A stretch of 64,000 bases of DNA from Thermofilaceae archaeon. GTDB lineage: Archaea; Thermoproteota; Thermoprotei; Thermofilales; Thermofilaceae. The translations under genes were made by a program, and so were the position numbers. Positions 29,026-39,002 of this stretch are shown one piece after another; positions within the stretch are counted from its first letter, which is position 1, and every line of letters starts with the position of its first letter. The stretch covers positions 64,001 to 128,000 of the forward strand of contig JAWCCZ010000001.1 of assembly GCA_038861545.1 (NCBI GenBank). Direction: 5' to 3'. Under the pieces are notes generated by a model that saw nothing but the letters and a program-made list of their open reading frames with translations, was not told where the DNA came from and did not search any database.

Positions 29026-29210
29026 TGCACATGCTAGGGAGCTCAATGGCTCTCCTAATGTCTTCACGTATGATGAGGAAAATAATATTGAGTCTCTTTA
29101 AGAAGCTCTGTGTACAGTATTAAGTTTGAAGAGACTAGCGCCGTGTTTATAAGAAGTTGAACAAAGATTTTTCACCGCAAGCTTGAAAGAGGAGGATTTA
29201 ACAAAAATGT

Positions 29211-29930
29211 GTGGCAAGGCTCCTCTATCAATATGATAGCTACATTCGAGAATTCAAGGCAATCGTCGTGAAAGTCAAAGATAACAAAGTCTTTTTAGAT
29301 CAAACAGCTTTTCATCCAGGTCCCAGTGGTGGTCTAGATACCGATAAGGGTTTCTTAACCTCATTGAGTGGGGAGAAGTTTGATGTGTTACAGGTCTTTG
29401 AGGAGGAGGGTGACTTTGCCCACGTGGTATCGGAGGGAAAGCTACGGATCGGTGAAGAAGTGAAGGGAGTTATTGATTGGGAGAGGCGTTATAGGATGAT
29501 GAAATTACACACTGCTAGCCATGTTCTCCTAGCAATCCTCTATAAAAAGTACAATGCACTCGTTACGGGAGGACACATAACCCCAGATGAGGCTCGAGAT
29601 GACTTTGATATATCCGACGTTAAAGATTGGAAAGAGGCAATCATAACAGCTGTCGATGAGGCTAACAATTTGCTAAGAAAGAGTTTAGAGGTAAAAATCT
29701 ACTGGCTTCCAAGAGAAGAAGCTTTGAGAATTCCGGGTATAGTGAAACTCGCTGAACGTTTACCACCCAATACCCCTGAAGTACGAATAGTTGAGATACC
29801 TGGAGTCGATCTGCAAGCAGACGGTGGACCACATGTAAGGAACACGGGTGAGGTCGGCCAGATAATTGTCCGAAAGATGGAGAGCAAAGGAGCTAGAAGG
29901 AAACGAGTATACTATACAGTTAGACCCTAA
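29211..29930 (+). CDS. alaXM: alanyl-tRNA editing protein AlaX-M
   Basis: LDQTAFHP, IDWERRYRMMKLHTASH, QADGGPHV. Confidence 0.92.
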   Translation: MARLLYQYDSYIREFKAIVVKVKDNKVFLDQTAFHPGPSGGLDTDKGFLTSLSGEKFDVLQVFEEEGDFAHVVSEGKLRIGEEVKGVIDWERRYRMMKLHTASHVLLAILYKKYNALVTGGHITPDEARDDFDISDVKDWKEAIITAVDEANNLLRKSLEVKIYWLPREEALRIPGIVKLAERLPPNTPEVRIVEIPGVDLQADGGPHVRNTGEVGQIIVRKMESKGARRKRVYYTVRP

Positions 29931-30093
29931 ATTTACGGTAAGGTTTTAAAAGAATTTTAACGCGTTTATTTTCTAATAGATTTCTAAAGTTATCCAAGCT
30001 TTTCAGTAGCTGCCTAGATTAATAGATTAAATTATTTATATAATAAGTTTAAATTAACAAGGAAAATATATTTATCCAAGAATTAGAGAATTT

Positions 30094-31224
30094 TTATCGT
30101 TTAACCGGTATTTTATTCATTATCTTATCTACTGCTTTAAGACCGCTCCCTGTGAGAGGAATATACACCCGCGAACCGGCGTCAACAATTCCTTCAGCTT
30201 TAATGTTTTTTAATGCCGCTAAAGGAGTTGCAGCAGTTGGTTCCACGAAGAGGCCTATTTTAGCTAATCGTGATAGAGCTTCTAATATCATAGAGTCCTC
30301 AACTACAACTGCGTCACCTCCAGAGGTCTGTACAGCTTTGATTATTTGCTTGAGACGAGGTGGATTTGGAATCGCTATCCCGTCTGCAAAGGGCTCGGCA
30401 GGGGGTTCAACTCCGTGTGGACCATGTAATACATCGTAAACTGGCGTGTAACCAGCGGCTTGTACCGCTATGATAGCCGGTACGTTATCGATTAGACCGA
30501 GCTTCTTTAGCTCGCAGAAGCCTCCGTACATGCCAAGAAGTAGCCCACCACTGCCTACTGGAACAACTACTGCGTCTGGGAGCCCAGCTTGTTCGAAGCA
30601 CTCATATGCTAGAGTCTTCAATCCTTCGATAAAGTAGGGATTCCACATATGACTAGCATACACCGCATCACCTAGCTCAGCGAGGGCTTTCTCTCTGACA
30701 AGCGAACGGGCTCCTTCAACCTCCACTAACTCAGCACCATATAGGGAAATCTGTAATTTCTTGGAGCTAGGGGCATTAGCTGGCACGTAAACTTTGCACC
30801 GGATACCAGCTGCAGCTGAATAGGCGGCTACAGCAGCTCCAGCATTGCCTGAAGAGTCGATAACTATACTCTCTACTTCCAGCGCCTTTAAGTTTGAGAG
30901 CATTACGCTAGCTCCGCGGTCCTTAAATGACCCTGTAGGGTTCATGAAATCAAGCTTCAGGATAACCTCGTAACCTTCCATACGTCTAATCAAAACCGGA
31001 GTAAAACCCTCACCAAGCGAAACGAGACATTCGCTTTTAATTAAAGGTAATAAATCTCGGTAGCGCCATATGTTTTTTTCTCTTTCCGTTAATTTGGTGA
31101 AGCACAGTGAAGTTGAACTTAGGTCTTTCACTATATCGAATGGTGCCCCACATATACACTTCCAGGCTAATGAGTCGAAAGCGCATTTCACACCGCAGGA
31201 ACTGCAAGCAAGCCAGAATTGCAT
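30094..31224 (-). CDS. thrC: threonine synthase family PLP enzyme
   Basis: SLGEGFTP, NPTGSFKDRG, DSSGNAG, VPVGSGG, LTGSGLK. Confidence 0.85.
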   Translation of the reverse strand: MQFWLACSSCGVKCAFDSLAWKCICGAPFDIVKDLSSTSLCFTKLTEREKNIWRYRDLLPLIKSECLVSLGEGFTPVLIRRMEGYEVILKLDFMNPTGSFKDRGASVMLSNLKALEVESIVIDSSGNAGAAVAAYSAAAGIRCKVYVPANAPSSKKLQISLYGAELVEVEGARSLVREKALAELGDAVYASHMWNPYFIEGLKTLAYECFEQAGLPDAVVVPVGSGGLLLGMYGGFCELKKLGLIDNVPAIIAVQAAGYTPVYDVLHGPHGVEPPAEPFADGIAIPNPPRLKQIIKAVQTSGGDAVVVEDSMILEALSRLAKIGLFVEPTAATPLAALKNIKAEGIVDAGSRVYIPLTGSGLKAVDKIMNKIPVKR

Positions 31225-31275
31225 AAAATTATCAGTTTAGGAATAATCTATAAAGGCTTCTCTTATAGTTCCTTT

Positions 31276-32256
31276 ATGACTGAGACCGTCATACTAGCCC
31301 ATGGCGATACAGATGGGGTTACTGCGGCTGCTATAGTGAAGGCCGCTTTGGGGGAGGGAGAGGTCTACTTCACGCACCCCATTGGTTTGCTCGGAGATTT
31401 CAAAAACTATACTAGAGATGCTGAAATTATAGTTATCTTGGACATATCCTTAGACGAGAGAAGCCTACCTGCACTGCTCTCCGAGTTCAGGAATCATAGG
31501 GGAGTAATTATTTACATAGATCATCATCCCCTCTCCACCAGTTTTCAGTTTGAGTACTCCCAACTTGAGGTTGTGCACGAGGAAAGCTCCTGCACGGCGG
31601 AGCTAGCGTTCCGCCGATTCAGGTTGAACTGGGAAATGAGTCGTGTAGCCCTTTATGGTGCAATAGGCGATTACTCGCTAAACACACAATGGGTGCAGGA
31701 CGCGTTAAGCCGCTGGGATATTAGAACCCTATTTATGGAGGCTGGGATCCTGATACTCGCATTAGACAGGATTGGTCGGAATTATGAAGTTAAGAGAGGA
31801 CTAGTAGATGAGCTTAGCAAGAATAAGCTTCCCAGCTCAATACATGGCATCATAAACCTAGCTTTAGAGCAATCCAAAACCAACGAAGAGATGAGGAAAA
31901 ACCTTCCAGATCTTGTACAAACCGGAGAATACTTAGCTTATGTCATAAACCCTCCAGGAAGTGTTGGGCTAGCGGCTTTTTACGCGGCTGTTATCAAAGA
32001 CAAGCCTATTGGCTTAGCCGTTGAAGAGAGAAGGGGAATGTACATAGGCAGTCTAAGATCTCGAGATCCCCGAGTAGATTTAAACTCGCTTATGCGAGGT
32101 CTTGCACCAAAGTTCAACGGAAGCGGTGGAGGTCATCGCCAGGCAGCAGGTTTCAGAATTCCGATGGAAAACCTGGCTCCTTTTCTTTCGGCTTTGGAAC
32201 AAACAATTCGCTCTGCGTTTAGCGTAAATACCTCTTTCTCTATTGAAAATATATGA
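31276..32256 (+). CDS. DHH/DHHA1 phosphoesterase
   Basis: HGDTDG, IDHH, GSLRS, GGGHRQAAG; ATG at 31276 avoids the thrC overlap. Confidence 0.9.
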   Translation: MTETVILAHGDTDGVTAAAIVKAALGEGEVYFTHPIGLLGDFKNYTRDAEIIVILDISLDERSLPALLSEFRNHRGVIIYIDHHPLSTSFQFEYSQLEVVHEESSCTAELAFRRFRLNWEMSRVALYGAIGDYSLNTQWVQDALSRWDIRTLFMEAGILILALDRIGRNYEVKRGLVDELSKNKLPSSIHGIINLALEQSKTNEEMRKNLPDLVQTGEYLAYVINPPGSVGLAAFYAAVIKDKPIGLAVEERRGMYIGSLRSRDPRVDLNSLMRGLAPKFNGSGGGHRQAAGFRIPMENLAPFLSALEQTIRSAFSVNTSFSIENI

Positions 32257-33557
32257 TTAAAACAGGCTCAAGCTGTAGAGTTATTACACCTCCTCTAGGC
32301 ATACCTATGGGAGGTTATGCTAGCAGGCCAGGCCCTGCAATGGGAGTACATGATGATCTACACGCAAGGGCTTTGGTGATAAAGAATGGGGGTGACCTGT
32401 GCGCTATACTTTCTCTCGAACTACTTTATGTCACACAGGATGTTGTTAAGGAAGTCAGAGAAATAGCCGAGGAAAAAGTGGGGATTCCAGCAGATGCCGT
32501 TATGGTAGCGGCAGTGCACACCCATTCGGGGCCATCAATTATGGGTCTTCACACAGAAGGAAGAGAGGATCTCCTTGAAAAGTACATGGCTTCTCTCTCA
32601 GACATTGTTTCTAATACTCTTATCGATGCTGCTCAAGGCTTGGTGGAAGTTAACTTAAGGTTCGGTGAGGGGGGAATTGATGGTTGGACGATTAACAGGA
32701 GAAAACCATATTCAGGCCCTCTCGATAATAAAGTTGCAGCGTTATGCTTTGAACAAGGGGGATCGGCTGTTGCAACCATAGTCAATTTTACATGTCACGC
32801 TGTTGTACTGGGTCACAGTAATTTACTGATAAGCGCCGATTATCCGGGTTATGTTTCGCAAACCGTTGAGAAGATCTTTGGCGGTGTATGTCTTTTCCTT
32901 AACGGGGCTTGTGGTGAAGTAAACCCGTTGACACCGGGTACCATGATCGAGAAGGTTTACGATCGCAGCATGGGTACCTTCAGGGATGCGGAAGAGATGG
33001 GTATATCGATAGCATGCAAGGCTATTGAGGCTTTGCTTAGATCAAGCCGCGTGGAGGATGCAGTGATTAAAGTAGGAAGAGAAGCCGTGCAGCTTGAAGT
33101 GCTCAGTGTACCGGAGGTCCAAGCGAGCGACTTGGATGATGTTAAAGAAGAGCTAGCTAGAGCTGAAAAGGCAGGTGATAAAGCCAGGGTTGAGCAGTTG
33201 AAGCTTAAAGCTGCTTTGACGAGATGGATGTTGAATGTGCAAATAAAGCTAAGAGAAAGGGTGCGTAACGGTTATCTATCTACAGAGGTCCAAGCAATAA
33301 GAGTGGGTGATTTCGTAATAGTGGGTCTTCCTGGAGAACCGTTTGTCGAAATCGGGCTAGCTGTAAAACAGTTTTCACCGGCCGCGCTGACAATGATCGT
33401 TGGCTATGCAAACGACGCAATCGGGTACGTGCCCATGGATGAGGCCTTCGATGAAGGGGGGTACGAGGTAATGCCACCCGCTTGTATCTTAGGCAAAGGA
33501 GCTGCTCAAGCATTAGCTGAAGCTGCCTGGCGGTTACTGCTAAGATTATACGAGTAA
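32253..33557 (+). CDS. neutral/alkaline ceramidase-like amidohydrolase
   Basis: GVHDDLHARAL, HTHSGP, NFTCHA, SADYPG, GACGEVNP, PGEPF, GGYE. Confidence 0.82.
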   Translation: MIKTGSSCRVITPPLGIPMGGYASRPGPAMGVHDDLHARALVIKNGGDLCAILSLELLYVTQDVVKEVREIAEEKVGIPADAVMVAAVHTHSGPSIMGLHTEGREDLLEKYMASLSDIVSNTLIDAAQGLVEVNLRFGEGGIDGWTINRRKPYSGPLDNKVAALCFEQGGSAVATIVNFTCHAVVLGHSNLLISADYPGYVSQTVEKIFGGVCLFLNGACGEVNPLTPGTMIEKVYDRSMGTFRDAEEMGISIACKAIEALLRSSRVEDAVIKVGREAVQLEVLSVPEVQASDLDDVKEELARAEKAGDKARVEQLKLKAALTRWMLNVQIKLRERVRNGYLSTEVQAIRVGDFVIVGLPGEPFVEIGLAVKQFSPAALTMIVGYANDAIGYVPMDEAFDEGGYEVMPPACILGKGAAQALAEAAWRLLLRLYE

Positions 33558-33915
33558 AGGTACTACAGTTTACGTGATTCATCGACAGCGTTGTTTATAT
33601 GAATTCATCAATGGTTAGCTGCGGATTTAATAGATATCGGGACCCCCTCTAACCCGTATGAAGGAATGCTACCCAATCACTTTACCAAAGTCGCTGGAGA
33701 AGCTAAAAGGCATCCAGAGTTTAATGCAGAAACTCGAGCAGGCTGAGATAGCTTCCAGATACCTCGCTAAACTGCCTTGACGCTGACTTATAGTCCGTCG
33801 TAGAGAGGGTGAAGCACGTGCCTGCGACAGCAAACTACTTGATGGAGAGCTTAGAGGCGCAATGGATGTGCATGCGACTGTAATAGTAAGTCAGAGAGCT
33901 ATGTTCGTAGGTTAG

Positions 33916-34793
33916 TCATCTGGAATCCGTTTCTCCGAGTTCTTTCACGAGCCTTTGTATACCTTTTCCTTCATCTTGACTTCAACTATCGCGTCGATGG
34001 AAGAGTCCTGGGGAAAGATGAGAAGCATTTCGATGAAGTCTCGAAGTTCCAGGTAGTCGCCATGCTCGCCGAAGCGGTATGAACGACTGGGCTCAGATGA
34101 TATGTGAACCTCTGGGAGTACCCTATGCCACGTCGATAGGAGGCTGTCCACGCTGAACCTTGAAGGGTTTAACTTGTGATGATAGTGGTCATACACAGCC
34201 AGTATTCCGAAAGATTCGGAAACTTCGATTACCTCCGAGACAGTATAGTGCTTCTCATCGTTCTCGAGTGCCATTCTCTTAAGCAACCAGTTGTTTTCCT
34301 CCAATGTCTCGCATAGTCGTTTTAAGGCGCCTCTTTTGTCCCTGTAGGCTCCTCCAATATGCATGACGACTATGCTCTCTCGATCCAAACTGAGTGAGTC
34401 CAGTACTCGGAAGTGGTAACGGAGCCCCGCTAGAGACTTAGCTATCACTTCCTCCTTGGGCTGTTAAGGACGACTAGCTGGGCTGGGGTGTATAGAGATT
34501 CTTACACTATAGCTCTTTACCAGCGAGGAGTTGCTCGCAAGCACCTTCTCGATCTTCTCGAGTCAGGAGTGCTGAGAACTGGAGTGGGATGCGAGCGGGA
34601 TGAAGTCTGAACCCAGCCTGAAGATTGATAAACCCATAACTTTCGACAACTCTAGAAGCCTGGTGAAATCAGCTAGGTTCCGCTGAAAGACCTTGGATAA
34701 GTTTTCTCATTCAAGCTTGTTTAATCTAAGCTTATGGTTCGTGGACAGCCTGTTGTCGCTCGTGGAGCAGAAGATGCCTAACCCTACCCGCAA
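33916..34793 (-). pseudogene. uvsE: UV damage endonuclease UvsE (UVDE), disrupted
   Basis: Reconstructed IFRLGSDFIPLASH, RISIHP/QLVVLNSP, MHIGG, LENDE, DHYHH, HGDY; in-frame TGA at 34707-34709 and 34563-34565, compensating frameshifts around TAA 34464-34466, and a C-terminal frameshift. Confidence 0.88.
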
Positions 34794-34873
34794 GACGGTT
34801 ACACCATGGCAGCATCCGCAACCGCATTTTTCACGACCTTTTATATGTCTTATAACGTTCTGGTAGATAGGCT

Positions 34874-35813
34874 GTGATGAGGTACTCCAAGCCTAAGCTG
34901 GTCTTGAGTGCATGTCTCGGAGTTCGGGCGGTGAGGTACGATAGGAAGATGATTATGGATGAACATGTTGAAAAGTTGAAAAGGTTTGTGGATTTTATAC
35001 CTGTTTGTCCTGAGGTTGAGATAGGGTTGAGTGTCCCCCGCAATTCTCTAATGTTATACAGGGAGGATTCAGCTTATCGATACGATGAGTGGTATTGATT
35101 ATTCACAGCGAATGCTTGATTTCGCGGACCACTTTCTCCGGTCGCTAGGCGAAGTTGATAGTTTCCCCCTTAAGTCAGCTAGCCCTTCTTGTGGGGTTAG
35201 GGACGTAAAGATCTACTGTAAAGGCCGGAGGGTGACTGGTAGAGGAGACGGCTTGTTCGCTAAGGTTGTTTGGGAGAGCGTGACGTCGATTCCAGTTGAG
35301 AGCGAGAAGAGGCTCCTTAATCAGGATATTGGGAGAAACTTCTACACATTAATCTTCACGATCGCCTACGTGAGAGAATCGCTCGACCAGTCTGCAACGC
35401 GTGAGGACATCATTGATCTGCACAGGAGCTTGAAGTATCTGCTCCTGCTCTATAGCTATGCGTACCAAAAGAAGCTGGGCAGGCTGTTGGCTGAAAGAGG
35501 TTGGCATGATCTAGAGGAGCTCGAGAGGGAGTACAGATCGCAAATGATACATGCTTTATCTCACCCGGTCAAGCAAAGCTAATATGTGAACACGTTCTTT
35601 CACCTTTATGGGCACCCGAAGCACAAGTTCAACGAGGATGAAAGGCGGTAAATACTCAAACTCTTAAACAAGTTAGTTGAAGGAAAGGAGGAGTTGCAGC
35701 CTATTCTCATTTACTTTAAAGGGTTTTTGCACAGGTTCGGCAACAAGTACCTTGCTGAGCAAAGTTTTCTGCAACCTTACCCGAAGGAATTGGATGCGCC
35801 TAATGGTATTTAA
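34874..35813 (+). pseudogene. ybgA: YbgA-like DUF523+DUF1722 protein, disrupted
   Basis: SACLG..VRYD, CPEVEIGLSVPR, LKSASPSCG and terminal YLAEQSFLQPYPKEL; frameshift near 35075-35090 and in-frame TAA at 35580 and ~35649. Confidence 0.85.
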
Positions 35814-35849
35814 GCGCGGTGCTCAGAAGAGTTGTACATCAGTACGCTC

Positions 35850-37172
35850 TTACCTCTCTCGCCTTTGTAATCTTTTCATTACAAGTTCCTTATATCTTCT
35901 AACCTGCTCGTAGTGGTCTATTATCGGCTCGTAGTAGTCCCCTATTCTACGCTTGAGGGGATTGTGCAAGCTTTCGCAGTCATAGTCTCTCAGCTCCGGT
36001 ATGTACCTCTTAATGTAAAAGCAGTTGGGGTCGTACTTCTTCGACTGTTGAATCGGGTTAAAGATTCTAAGAGGTAACGGGTCAACGCCAACAGATGCCG
36101 CCCATTGCCAATTGCCAACGTTCAACACTTCATCGTAGTCCACGAGATGCTTTCCGAAAAACTCTTCCCCGGTCCTCCAGTCCAAGTGTAAGTCTTTCAC
36201 AAGGAAACTGGCTACGATAAGCCTCACCCTGTTGTGGACCCATCCTTCCTTCTTCAGCTGTCTAATTCCTGCATCGACGATCGGGTAGCCTGTCTTACCC
36301 TCGGTGAAACTCTTCAGCAGCTCTTCATCGTAGCTCCACTCGAAATCCCGCAGCTGCGGCTTCAGCTCAAGCTTATTCATCCATGGGTACTTCGCCCAGA
36401 GCGAGTAGTAGTACTCTCTCCAAGCTAGCTGCCTCACGTACTCTCTCGACTGCCTCTTAACCGCTCTGTAAACCTCTCTGACCGAGAGTATACCGAGGCT
36501 CAAGAACGGTGAAAGCTTCGAAGTGCCATCCTCGCACGGGTAGTCCTTGAGGCGGCTGTACCTGGAGAAGTCGAAGGAGCGGAGCCTTTCACGGCCCCAC
36601 GAAGCTCTGAGAAAGTCTTCCCCTAGCATCCCGGCGCCCTGCTTTCGAGCGAACTCTTCAACGTCAGGCTCATCTAACCCGATGAACTTGTCCGCGGGGA
36701 CCTCGGGAGCGATCTTTGTGTCAATTTTCTCGAGCCACTTCCTGTAAAAGCTTGTGAAGTTCGGCCCGGGATCCAGCTGAAAGGGGTTAGATAGAACGTT
36801 GTCTAAAACTTCCCGGTAAGTGACGCCACGCTTCAAGCAAATTTCTCGAACTTGCTTAGCGAGCTCTTGCTCGCTCCACGAGAGAGGTGAAGCTGTGTAT
36901 AGAAAGTCAAACCCGTGCTTGCTGAGCAGCTCATCCATGACATCGCGCGTCTTTCCCATAAACACGTGAACTCGGATCCTTCTGTTCAACTCCCTTAACG
37001 CGTCGAATACGAGAGAGAAAATGCGGTGACTTAAATCGATCCCGCGCTGCCGAAGCATACCTGGATCCACTATATAGATTGCAGCTATCTCGTCTGATCG
37101 GCTGTAAGCTTCGGCCAAAATTCTGTTGTCGGAAAGCCTTAAGTCGCGTCTAAGCCAGTACAAGGCTCTCAT
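35850..37172 (-). CDS. phrB: deoxyribodipyrimidine (CPD) photolyase
   Basis: WLRRDLRLSDN, TSKLSPFL, QLAWREYY, TGYPIVDAG, HNRVR, DYD..NVGNWQW, RIFNP. Confidence 0.95.
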   Translation of the reverse strand: MRALYWLRRDLRLSDNRILAEAYSRSDEIAAIYIVDPGMLRQRGIDLSHRIFSLVFDALRELNRRIRVHVFMGKTRDVMDELLSKHGFDFLYTASPLSWSEQELAKQVREICLKRGVTYREVLDNVLSNPFQLDPGPNFTSFYRKWLEKIDTKIAPEVPADKFIGLDEPDVEEFARKQGAGMLGEDFLRASWGRERLRSFDFSRYSRLKDYPCEDGTSKLSPFLSLGILSVREVYRAVKRQSREYVRQLAWREYYYSLWAKYPWMNKLELKPQLRDFEWSYDEELLKSFTEGKTGYPIVDAGIRQLKKEGWVHNRVRLIVASFLVKDLHLDWRTGEEFFGKHLVDYDEVLNVGNWQWAASVGVDPLPLRIFNPIQQSKKYDPNCFYIKRYIPELRDYDCESLHNPLKRRIGDYYEPIIDHYEQVRRYKELVMKRLQRRER

Positions 37173-37348
37173 AGCGGGTAGTCTAATAGATTCAAGATGT
37201 GATTAAACCTTATGCTCTGAGAATGCTGCGTTATCGCTGCAGCGTTCTTGCTTGCGCGTCTATGTTGCGCTCGAGGTGTCAGGCTGCGAGCGAAAGACAT
37301 GATTTAATAGCTCAGAAGCCTAGCGGGGGTTGGAGCGAGGTGGAGAGC

Positions 37349-38896
37349 ATGACGCGCTACGATACTATATTGGTCTTAGATTTCGGGAGCCAGTACTCCC
37401 ACCTTATAACGAAGCGGGTGAGAGAGCAGGGAGTATACTCAGAGATTCTTCCTCACGATACTAAAGCAGAGGAGATAGAGCTTCTAAAAACGAGGCTTAA
37501 CGTTAGGGGAGTGATGCTGTCCGGGGGGCCTGCCAGCGTGTTAGATAGGAGTGCTCCAATGCTTGACACCAGGATACTGGACCTGGGACTGCCCGTCCTA
37601 GGTATCTGTTACGGCCACCAGCTGCTAGCCCGTATTGCTGGTGGAAAGGTCGGGCTTGCTGAGAAGAAGGAGTACGGCGCAACGTACGTCACAATCGACA
37701 AGCCTGTGGGGGTATTAAAGGGGTTAGATAGGAGGGAGATAGTCTGGATGAGCCACGGCGACGTTGTATTCGCGGTCCCTGACGGCTACGAGGTCCTAGC
37801 GCACTCCGAAAACTCTCCTATTGCTGCTTTCAGGCACAGGGAGAAGCCGATCTATGGCTTGCAGTGGCATCCTGAGGTGAGCCACACGGAGAAAGGTGTC
37901 CAAATGCTTCGTAACTTCTTATTCGAGGTGTGCCGGTGTAAAGCTAACTGGAGAATGGAGAACGTTATAGACCAAGTAGTAGAGGAGATAAAGGCAGAAG
38001 TTGGTGAGGGTAAGGCAGTTATTGCTCTAAGCGGGGGTACCGACTCCAGTGTGGCTGCAGTTTTAGCGGCGAGAGCTATAGGGGAAAGGTTTACCGCAGT
38101 TTTTGTCGATACTGGGCTTATGCGTGAAGGCGAGCCTGAGGCTGTGAAGGAATTTTTCCAAACGCTGGGGATAAACCTCGTAGTAGTAAATGCTCAGGAC
38201 CGTTTCCTCAAGAGGCTCGAGGGTATAGTCGACCCCGAGATGAAGAGGAAGGTTATAGGTGAGGAATTCATCAGAGTATTCGAGGAGATAGCTGAGAAGA
38301 TCGGAGCGGAGTGCTTGATCCAGGGTACAATCTACCCGGACAGGATCGAATCCGGCTTTAGGAAGCTTTCGGATAGGATAAAAACCCATCATAACGTAGC
38401 AGGGCTTCCCGAGCTTATCAAGTTCAAGAAGATAGTTGAGCCCCTACGGGACTTGTACAAGGATGAGGTTAGGAAAATTGCTGAAATCCTCGGTTTACCC
38501 AGAGAGCTGATCCTCAGGCAGCCTTTCCCCGGCCCAGGTCTTGCTGTGAGAGTTATAGGCGAAGTGACTAAGGAGAAGGTTGAGATAGTTAGAAAAGCTG
38601 ACAAGATCGTAAGGGAGGAGATTGAGAGAAGCGGGCTAGGGGGGCGCTTGTGGCAGTACTTCGCTGTATTGACTAACACGAAGAGTACTGGCGTTAAGGG
38701 TGACGCGAGAGCCTACGGTTATGTTATAGCAGTGAGAATTGTTGAGAGCCGTGAAGCCATGACCGCGAGCTTCGCGAGAATCCCTTATGAAGTGCTCGAG
38801 AGAATCTCCACGAGAATAACTAACGAAATACCCGAGGTCACAAGGGTAGTTTACGATGTAACTCACAAACCGCCGGCAACAATCGAGTGGGAGTGA
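37349..38896 (+). CDS. guaA: GMP synthase (glutamine-hydrolysing), fused GATase+ATPPase
   Basis: [50 protein letters not shown]; ATG 37349 follows GAGGTGG. Confidence 0.95.
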   Translation: MTRYDTILVLDFGSQYSHLITKRVREQGVYSEILPHDTKAEEIELLKTRLNVRGVMLSGGPASVLDRSAPMLDTRILDLGLPVLGICYGHQLLARIAGGKVGLAEKKEYGATYVTIDKPVGVLKGLDRREIVWMSHGDVVFAVPDGYEVLAHSENSPIAAFRHREKPIYGLQWHPEVSHTEKGVQMLRNFLFEVCRCKANWRMENVIDQVVEEIKAEVGEGKAVIALSGGTDSSVAAVLAARAIGERFTAVFVDTGLMREGEPEAVKEFFQTLGINLVVVNAQDRFLKRLEGIVDPEMKRKVIGEEFIRVFEEIAEKIGAECLIQGTIYPDRIESGFRKLSDRIKTHHNVAGLPELIKFKKIVEPLRDLYKDEVRKIAEILGLPRELILRQPFPGPGLAVRVIGEVTKEKVEIVRKADKIVREEIERSGLGGRLWQYFAVLTNTKSTGVKGDARAYGYVIAVRIVESREAMTASFARIPYEVLERISTRITNEIPEVTRVVYDVTHKPPATIEWE

Positions 38897-38937
38897 GCAA
38901 CTCGCTCGACTTTCAGTTTCCTGATGAAGCTGAGAGT
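38891..38937 (+). terminator. tandem hairpins at the guaA 3' end (possible terminator or processing signal)
   Basis: GAGTGAG-caa-CTCGCTC (38891-38907) and 12-bp stem ACTTTCAGTTTC-ctgat-GAAGCTGAGAGT (38909-38937). Confidence 0.35.
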
Positions 38938-39002
38938 ATATTTGGGTTCACAAAAACCGTTTATTGAGTAACTAAACAGTTATTGGAACTTCGTCCTGAA
39001 GG

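Noticed and set aside
29070-29130. ATGATGA box C after mtaB
   Set aside because: No convincing C'/D arrangement, terminal stem or rRNA-complementary guide
33650-33860. Possible HEPN-domain remnant (TLPKSLEKL, IASRY)
   Set aside because: Similarity too short and fragmented to support without a search
34563-34709. In-frame TGA codons in uvsE as selenocysteine
   Set aside because: Not at Cys positions, and accompanied by frameshifts
37230-37300. Purine riboswitch upstream of guaA (TCGCTGCAGC...GCTGCGAGCGA stem)
   Set aside because: No purine-aptamer consensus, and it lies upstream of the likely guaA TATA box
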